DNA of 64,000 nucleotides from Candidatus Dormiibacterota bacterium. Its GTDB lineage: Bacteria > Chloroflexota > Dormibacteria > Aeolococcales > Aeolococcaceae. Under the pieces are notes generated by a model. It had not been told where the DNA came from. It made no database searches and saw only the letters and a program-made list of their open reading frames with translations. Numbering within the stretch: position 1 is the first letter of the stretch; each line of letters begins with the position of its first letter. Where the stretch lies: positions 706,560 to 770,559 of the forward strand of contig CAVUQX010000004.1 of the NCBI GenBank assembly GCA_963743835.1. The letters are read 5' to 3'. Made by a program: the position numbers and the translations under genes. Positions 27,426-33,941 of the stretch are shown one piece after another.

Positions 27426-28295
27426 CTACGGGGTTGGCGGCGAAGGCCAGCGACGCGAGCTCCGCACGATCGCCGCGATACCCAGACCGACGAGGCCCAA
27501 ACCAGTCAGCGGCAGCATGATCCCGCCGGACCCGGTCCCGGGGGTCGTGATGCCCTGGACACCGCCGACCGGAGTTGGCGAGCTGGTCGCGGGAGATACC
27601 GACCCGGTGGGACTCGGTGTTGCTGTAGGAGTGGGAGTAGGTGTGGGAGTCGGCGTGGTGCACGCCGACGACCGGTCACCGACCTGTCCATCCACCCAGC
27701 GATGCTCCGAACGGTACTGGCCGATGGTCATCGTGGTCAGCGGTTCGCCGTAGATGAGATCAACCTGAAAGGCGCAATCGGGCACATGCACGGTGAGCAC
27801 CTGCGTCGTTGCCGTGAGGCAGGGATCGCCCGGCGTGGTGGGATCGGTTCCCGCGCTGTAGCTCGCGCAGTCGAACAGGTTCTGTTGTGAGGTGCTGCTC
27901 GACGCTGTATTGCTGACCAGGGTGATCTCGGGTCCCGCCGCTCCGGGCGCCGGCGTCGCAGGCGCGAGGGTGAAGTGCGCTGTGACGATGTCCCCCGCAG
28001 AAACGTTGCCGAATAGCGTGCATACCGTTGTGGTCTGCCCCGCATGCTCAATCGCGAACCAGTAGCTCTCCAGGACCTTGTTGGTCGAGTTGGTCGGATT
28101 GTTGAGGTTGGCTTGATGACCGCACGACGGCGCCGTCGGGGCCGAGCTGGCGTGCCGAGCCGCGGCTTGTACCGGCAACATGCCAACCGTCAAGAGGAAA
28201 ACGCCCGCAGTCAGAATCGAGACTGCGCCGGCTCGACGCAGCAGAACTCCCGCCCGGACGCCCATGTGATCTCCTCCAGTGCATTTCCGCCACAC
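27426..28295 (-). CDS. Surface protein with Thr/Pro linker and C-terminal LPXTG-type sorting signal
   Basis: N-terminal signal (..AGVFLLTVGMLPVQAAA), an unknown ~180-aa domain and a TPTPTPTPTPTATPSPT linker. The C-terminus is GGVQGITTPGTGSGGIMLPLTG-LGLVGLGIAAIV-RSSRR (LPLTG + hydrophobic stretch + basic tail). Confidence 0.65.
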   Translation of the reverse strand: MWRKCTGGDHMGVRAGVLLRRAGAVSILTAGVFLLTVGMLPVQAAARHASSAPTAPSCGHQANLNNPTNSTNKVLESYWFAIEHAGQTTTVCTLFGNVSAGDIVTAHFTLAPATPAPGAAGPEITLVSNTASSSTSQQNLFDCASYSAGTDPTTPGDPCLTATTQVLTVHVPDCAFQVDLIYGEPLTTMTIGQYRSEHRWVDGQVGDRSSACTTPTPTPTPTPTATPSPTGSVSPATSSPTPVGGVQGITTPGTGSGGIMLPLTGLGLVGLGIAAIVRSSRRWPSPPTP

Positions 28296-28376
28296 GTTGA
28301 AACTTTCGGGGCGTATGGAGCGTGATCATATGCTAGGCGGACCCAAGAACTCAACCGCAACCTCCCTAGGAGACAA

Positions 28377-29225
28377 GTGAAGACAGACCAAGACGAGGCG
28401 GAACCCATGGAATCGACCTGGAGTGATCATGAGGTTTCGCGGCAGATCGCAACCGAGGCCGGACACCTCCTGGTCGGGCTACGAGACTCGGTGCCCGAGT
28501 CCGTCGACGAACGCTGGCTTCGCGACGAGGGCGATGCCCGCTCCCACAGGATGATCATGGATCGTCTCGCCGAGCTGCGTCCCGATGACGCGATCCTGTC
28601 GGAGGAAGGCAAGGACGATCAGGTGCGTTTGAGGCACCAGCGCGTCTGGGTGATCGATCCTCTGGACGGCACCCGAGAGTTCGGGGAACCGCCACGCGAG
28701 GACTGGGCCGTCCATGTTGCCCTGTGCGTCGATGGAGAACCGGTTGTCGGTTCGGTGGCACTCCCAGCGCAAGGGCGCGTCTTCACCACGGCCGGGGCAT
28801 TTCCGGACCCAACCGACGACACGCATCCGCTTCGGATGGTGGCGAGCCGGACGCGAGCGCCCTTGATCGTCAGCGAGGTTGCGTCCGCCCTCGGCGCGGA
28901 ACTGGTCTACATGGGCTCGGCAGGAGCCAAGGCGATGAGTGTCGTGTCGGGTGATGCCGACATCTACCTCCATGCGGGCGGTCAGTACGAGTGGGATTCG
29001 GCCGCGCCTGTGGCTGTCGCAATGGCCGCGGGATTGCATTGCTCTCGTATCGACGGATCGCCCCTCGTCTATAACCAGGCCAATCCATACATGCCAGATC
29101 TCCTCATCTGCAAACGATCCATTGCGACGACGGTCTTGGCGCTCGTGGCGGCGCACGCTGATCCCACCCACACAGATTCCAATCCGGTCGCCCCAGGGAG
29201 TGGCGTCGGAACGCATGGTGTATGA
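28377..29225 (+). CDS. cysQ: 3'(2'),5'-bisphosphate nucleotidase (PAP phosphatase), IMPase superfamily
   Basis: AGGAG RBS 6 nt before GTG 28377. It has LSEEG, VWVIDPLDGTREF and EWDSAAP, the three IMPase/CysQ metal and substrate motifs. The DPLDGT(R/K)EF variant is typical of CysQ. Confidence 0.7.
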   Translation: MKTDQDEAEPMESTWSDHEVSRQIATEAGHLLVGLRDSVPESVDERWLRDEGDARSHRMIMDRLAELRPDDAILSEEGKDDQVRLRHQRVWVIDPLDGTREFGEPPREDWAVHVALCVDGEPVVGSVALPAQGRVFTTAGAFPDPTDDTHPLRMVASRTRAPLIVSEVASALGAELVYMGSAGAKAMSVVSGDADIYLHAGGQYEWDSAAPVAVAMAAGLHCSRIDGSPLVYNQANPYMPDLLICKRSIATTVLALVAAHADPTHTDSNPVAPGSGVGTHGV

Positions 29226-29348
29226 TCGTTAAGCTTCTGGAGCGATCTCGGAGCGCTGGGTTTTGGGGTTGTGGATCGCCGCTCGAGAGTGGCAACGAGT
29301 GACATTGAATTCGGATGAGCCGGGCGCGGCAGGGAAGGACAGATCGAA

Positions 29349-30435
29349 ATGAGAAGGCAAACGCTGCTTCGTAGAACTCCTGATTGCCGCCGGAGTCGTG
29401 GTGGTGCTGGCTATCGTCGCGTTCGGACCCACCGTCCTTTCCCACTTCACGAAGGCAAAGGTGAACCCGCAACTTGCGACGGTCGAACCACGGACCTTCA
29501 ATGTGCTCGCGTCCGCTGCTGGTGTGCTTCAGCCGGCGAACCTTCAGAACGTCAACTTCACGATCTCCGGAACGGTGCAGGCGGTGAACGTGTCGGTCGG
29601 TGAGAAGGTCAACGCAAAGCAGCTCCTTGCCTCGCTCAACGACAGCACGCAGCAGGGGGAGTTGAGCGCTGCCGAATTCGCGGTGAGCGCGGCCGATGCG
29701 GCCATCCTCCAGGCTGAAGCCACCGGATCCGCCGCGCAGGTAGCCCAGGCGAGAGCGCAACTGGCCAACGCTGACGTCAGTCTGACCACCGCGCGTGAGC
29801 ATGAGGCCGAGACGAAGCTGTCGGCGCCCGAGACAGGGACCGTCCTTGCCGTCAACGGTATCGTGGGCGATACCGTGAGCGCCGGAAACTCCGGCTTCAC
29901 CAGCCCGGTGAGCAATGGTGGATCGGCGATCGCCAACGGGTTCATCGTCATCGGCAACAGTGCACAGTTCGATTTCTGGGCCCCGTTCAGCCAGACCGAG
30001 GATGTGCAGCTGACCTCGGGCCAGGCAGCGATCGTCACGGTCGATGCACTACCCGGGTCGGCGTTTCCGGCGAAGGTCTCCATCATCGAGCCGAGCGCCA
30101 CTCAAGTCGGTGGGGTTTCCGAATACTATGCCGAGATTCAACTGAGTACGACTGACCCCCGGCTGCGAAACGGTCAAACGGGATCGGTCAGCGTGACGGT
30201 CGCCACTGCGAGCAGCGTGCTCGCAGTGCCGTCGACGGCGCTCTTCACGGGCCCCAACAACCAGACCCAGGTCGACGTCTGGTCCCAGGGACAGGCATAC
30301 GCGACGACAGTCCAGATCGGATTGGTTGGCAGCACGCTGACTGAGATCAAATCCGGCCTCACGCAGGGCGAGCAGGTCCTGCTGTCGCCGAGCGGGCTGA
30401 CCCAGCTCCCGGCAGCCTCGCCCTCGCCGACGTGA
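29349..30435 (+). CDS. Periplasmic adaptor / membrane-fusion protein of MacA/HlyD type (probable frameshift near start)
   Basis: The body in frame 29398..30435 has a TM anchor (VVVLAIVAFGP), lipoyl-like GTVQAVNVSVGEKV and ..APETGTVLAVNGIVGDTV, and a coiled-coil region. GGAAGGA RBS + ATG 29349 is in another frame. Dropping one A of the AAA run at 29359-29361 gives MRRQRCFVELLIAAGVVVVLAIV. Confidence 0.65.
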
Positions 30436-30470
30436 CCGCGCAGATACGTTGAGCCTGTCGCCTCGCAGTC

Positions 30471-31151
30471 ATGATTGAGCTTGCATCGGTCGGCAGAACA
30501 TACGGCAGCGCTTCGGCCCCGGTTACGGCGCTCCGCGATGTGAACCTGTTGATCCAGCGCGGTGAATTCGTGGCGATCGTCGGGCCATCCGGCTCGGGGA
30601 AGTCGACACTGCTCAATCTGATCGGCTGCCTCGATCAGCCAACGTCAGGGCGCCTCCTGTTTCTGGGCGAGGACACGAGCACGCTGAACGACACCAAGCT
30701 TTCTCGCATCCGCAATCGCTCGATTGGATTCGTATTCCAGATGTTCAACCTGGTTCCCGAGTTGACGGTGTATGAAAACATCGAGCTGCCGCTGGTGTAT
30801 GCGGGAGTGACTCGAGAGCGCCGAGCCCTCACAACCAAAGTCCTCGAGCGCGTCGGCATGGCACACCGCGCCGACCACCCGGCGAGCCTGCTGTCGGGAG
30901 GTGAGCAGCAGCGCGTTGCGATCGCGCGAGCGCTCGTGAACGACCCTGCGCTGATCCTGGCGGACGAGCCGACCGGCAGCATCGATCCCGACAGCGCAGA
31001 GCAGGTGATGGAGCTCCTCGGCGAGTTGCATGACCAGGCCCGGACAATCGTGCTGGTGACCCACAACATGTCGGTTGCCGCCGTCGCCCAGCGGGTGGTA
31101 CGTATAGAAGGCGGAACCATCAACGAGATCGGGCGCAGCAGTGCGGCCTGA
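30471..31151 (+). CDS. ABC transporter ATP-binding protein (MacB/LolD/FtsE type)
   Basis: Walker A GPSGSGKST, Q-loop, signature LSGGEQQRVAIARAL, Walker B LILADEPTG, H-loop VTHN. Confidence 0.9.
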   Translation: MIELASVGRTYGSASAPVTALRDVNLLIQRGEFVAIVGPSGSGKSTLLNLIGCLDQPTSGRLLFLGEDTSTLNDTKLSRIRNRSIGFVFQMFNLVPELTVYENIELPLVYAGVTRERRALTTKVLERVGMAHRADHPASLLSGGEQQRVAIARALVNDPALILADEPTGSIDPDSAEQVMELLGELHDQARTIVLVTHNMSVAAVAQRVVRIEGGTINEIGRSSAA

Positions 31152-31205
31152 CGATTGCGCGGAACCGGCTGGGGTGATGCCGGCTCCGGACTGGACGCAC
31201 CTGCG

Positions 31206-32438
31206 ATGAAGGTCCGCGACGCGATGCTGGTCGCATTCCGCGGCCTGACCCGTCATTGGGTACGCGCCACGCTCAATGTCCTCGGCATCGTGGCAGGCGT
31301 CGCGTCGGTCATCATGCTCGTCTCGGTAGCGCATGCAGTGAGCAGCACCGCCAAGGCGTCGGTCGAGGGTCTCGGCGCAAATCTGGTGGTGGTTTATCCG
31401 TCGGGTCCCTCCTCATCAGGTATCCAGCGAGGCATTGGCGGCACGTCGAGCCTGACCCGCAGTGATGCTGACGCGCTCGGTAATCCAGCGAACGTTCCCG
31501 ATGCGGTTCAGGCCGTTCCGACCGCGGGGGTCAGCCAGAACGTCGTCGCGGGCTCGCATGCATGGCAAACCGATGTCCTCGGCAGCACACCGGGGTTCGG
31601 GGTCGCGCGCGGTTACACGGTGAGCCAGGGGCTGTCGTTCGGTCCGGCTGCGATCACCGCGGCGCAGCCCGTGGTCATCCTCGGCCAGACCGTGGCCAGG
31701 GAGATCTTTCCAACTGTCAACCCGATCGGCCAGACCGTGCTCATCAACACGCAGCAGTTCAAGGTCATCGGCGAGTACGCACCACGCGGATATTCCGGCA
31801 CGTTCAACCAGGACGATCTCGTGGTCATGCCGATCACGACCCTCTGGGATGAGGTTCTTCCCGCCAGCGCGGCCCAGATCCAGCAGATCCTCGTGCAGGC
31901 AACCAGCCCGAGCACCACGTCGAACGTGGCGGCCGAGGTCTCCAACACCCTGCTCCGACAGCACGGGATCACCGACCCTGCGCTCGCAGACTTCACCGTG
32001 CAAACGCAGCAGGACCTCGTGGCCAGCGCCGAGCGAGTGGGCACCGTCATGCAGTGGATGCTCGGTGCGGTGGCAGTCATCGCGCTGCTCACAGGCGGGA
32101 TTGGGATCATGAGCCTCATGCTCGCGACCGTCGGTGAGCGCGCCTATGAGATCGGTGTGCGCCGCGCGGTGGGCGCCAGTCGGGAGGACATCCTCGGTCA
32201 GTTCCTGATCGAAGCCCTCCTGCTCGCGGTGCTTGGCGCCATCGCCGGCATCGCGCTGGGGTACGGCGGCGCGACCTTCATGGGCGACGTCCTGACCGAC
32301 CTGCCGGCGCCGGTCATCACCGGCTTCGCCATACTCATCGCGGCGGGCGTGGCGTTGGTCATCGGTGTGGGCGCCGGGCTCTACCCCGCGGTCCGAGCCT
32401 CGCTGCTGCAGCCGGTGGAGGCCGTGAGGCGACAATGA
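31206..32438 (+). CDS. ABC transporter permease, MacB-like (MacB_PCD + FtsX domains)
   Basis: N-terminal TM (ATLNVLGIVAGVASVIMLVSV), a ~230-aa extracytoplasmic domain, and C-terminal FtsX-type helices (..ALLTGGIGIMSLMLATVGERAYEIGVRRAVGASR.DIL.QFL.EA..L). Confidence 0.85.
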   Translation: MKVRDAMLVAFRGLTRHWVRATLNVLGIVAGVASVIMLVSVAHAVSSTAKASVEGLGANLVVVYPSGPSSSGIQRGIGGTSSLTRSDADALGNPANVPDAVQAVPTAGVSQNVVAGSHAWQTDVLGSTPGFGVARGYTVSQGLSFGPAAITAAQPVVILGQTVAREIFPTVNPIGQTVLINTQQFKVIGEYAPRGYSGTFNQDDLVVMPITTLWDEVLPASAAQIQQILVQATSPSTTSNVAAEVSNTLLRQHGITDPALADFTVQTQQDLVASAERVGTVMQWMLGAVAVIALLTGGIGIMSLMLATVGERAYEIGVRRAVGASREDILGQFLIEALLLAVLGAIAGIALGYGGATFMGDVLTDLPAPVITGFAILIAAGVALVIGVGAGLYPAVRASLLQPVEAVRRQ

Positions 32439-32773
32439 GCGTCGCATCAATGATCAGGTTGCTCAATTTCTCGCGTTCGCCGGTGACGGCTGCGGCCGGG
32501 TCGGGCGTGATCATCCTGGCGGCCGTGGTCGGGGTGATCTTCGCGGCCGATAGTGCCGCCGCTCCCTCCAACGGCACGGCCGCTCAGTACACGGCCGCGC
32601 CGCTCAACCAAGCGCCGCTAGTGCTGCCAAAGCCATGCGTCGTCACCAAGAATCACCAGACGTGCGCCGCGAGGGCAGCCAAGCCGCACCGCGCGAAGCA
32701 GGTGACGAGGCAGCCTGCCCAACCGACTGCGCTGCCGGTGGCGACGGTCGCGCCGAACCCGACCAGCCCATGA
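32435..32773 (+). CDS. Small membrane-anchored protein of unknown function
   Basis: High third-position GC. The ATGA start overlaps the permease stop and the stop overlaps the ST6 start. One TM helix (GVIILAAVVGVIFAA), then an Ala/Pro-rich tail with a C-x8-C pair. I recognise no homology. Confidence 0.5.
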   Translation: MSVASMIRLLNFSRSPVTAAAGSGVIILAAVVGVIFAADSAAAPSNGTAAQYTAAPLNQAPLVLPKPCVVTKNHQTCAARAAKPHRAKQVTRQPAQPTALPVATVAPNPTSP

Positions 32774-33726
32774 AGGTGTTGGTCGCCGGGGCGGCGCGCT
32801 GCGGAAGCACGTGGGCCGCGAACGTTTTGGGACACGCCACGGGGACTCGCACCGTGTACGAGCCGGACGGGCACAACTCGGACGTGCTGGGAGCCGTCGC
32901 CGCAGCCAGGCTCGGCGAATACCCCGTCCTCGAGGCAGGCGCCTCCAGCTACTGGTACCGGCTGATCTGGGACCTCGCGTTCGCCGGCGGGTGGCCGTGG
33001 GACAAGGTCGAGTCAGCCCGTGCTGCGGGACGCCGGTTGGTGCATGTGCCGCCGGTGATGCGCGACTACCTCGTCGCCGGCCTGGCTGAAGGCACCCGTT
33101 TCACGCGCCGTCGCCCCCGCCACGTGGTCGTGAAGTCGGTCAACTCAATCTTCTCGCTTGACTGGATCGCGGAGCGGTACTCGCCGACGGTGGTCATCCT
33201 CCGTCGCAACCCGCTCAACATCGTCTCCAGCTGGCTGGTGCTCGGCATGTGGAGCGAGCATGCGATCGGCAACCATCCCCTGGTTCGAGAGCGATACCTG
33301 AGCTCGCTCGGTCTCCAATCGCCCAACGGCACATCGTCACCGGTGAGGATCGCTGCCTGGAACGTTGGCCTGCTGACGCGCGCCCTCAAAGACGCAGCCG
33401 ACCGCCACCCCTCCTGGATCGTTGCGTCGCACGATGAGTTGTGTCTCGACCCGATGACGAGCTTTCAAGCACTGACCGCGCGCATTGGCCTGCAGTGGTC
33501 GGCCGACATGGAGCAGTACCTCACCGAGTCGGAAGACCCCAAGTTCACGGTGCATCACGGCACGGTGAAGGTCCACCCGAACGCCGTCACCGCGACCACG
33601 TCGGGCAGCCGTCGTGAGCAGCAGGCGACCCAGTTTACGCGCCGGCTCACCCCCGCCCAAACCGCGGAGGCGCGGTCGGTCCTCGAGGCGTTCGATCTCG
33701 GCGATTGGGGACCTCAGACCGTCTGA
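32770..33726 (+). CDS. PAPS-type sulfotransferase, clade A (ST6)
   Basis: MKVLVAGAARCGSTW, VVILRRNPLNIVSSW, HPSWIVASHDELCLDP, C-terminal RRLTPAQTAEARSVLEAFDLGDWGP. I do not believe the ORF-track upstream extension from 32635. Confidence 0.8.
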   Translation: MKVLVAGAARCGSTWAANVLGHATGTRTVYEPDGHNSDVLGAVAAARLGEYPVLEAGASSYWYRLIWDLAFAGGWPWDKVESARAAGRRLVHVPPVMRDYLVAGLAEGTRFTRRRPRHVVVKSVNSIFSLDWIAERYSPTVVILRRNPLNIVSSWLVLGMWSEHAIGNHPLVRERYLSSLGLQSPNGTSSPVRIAAWNVGLLTRALKDAADRHPSWIVASHDELCLDPMTSFQALTARIGLQWSADMEQYLTESEDPKFTVHHGTVKVHPNAVTATTSGSRREQQATQFTRRLTPAQTAEARSVLEAFDLGDWGPQTV

Positions 33727-33941
33727 GCCCATCGTCCCTCCAGGCGCCGTGGGACACGAATTCATGGACCACGGGGCGCCCGGGAGCCGCATCCGGCGTC
33801 ACCGGCCCGGCATTCCTGATCGTCCGTGGCTGTCGATGCCCTTAAATGGCGAGGGACCTCGCCGCAATCACCGCGGCGAAGTCCCCCTGAGTCAGCCGGA
33901 GTGGCTCACGCGCCGTCGGCTTCCCTTCCTGTGATGACGCG

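Noticed and set aside
32435-32773. The small ORF as a RaxX-like tyrosine-sulfated secreted peptide substrate of ST6.
   Set aside because: Its single Tyr has no acidic neighbours, unlike known sulfotyrosine sites. It has an internal TM helix rather than a cleavable leader, and the adjacent transporter is MacB-type rather than a C39-peptidase exporter. I kept it only as a low-probability alternative in the exporter finding.
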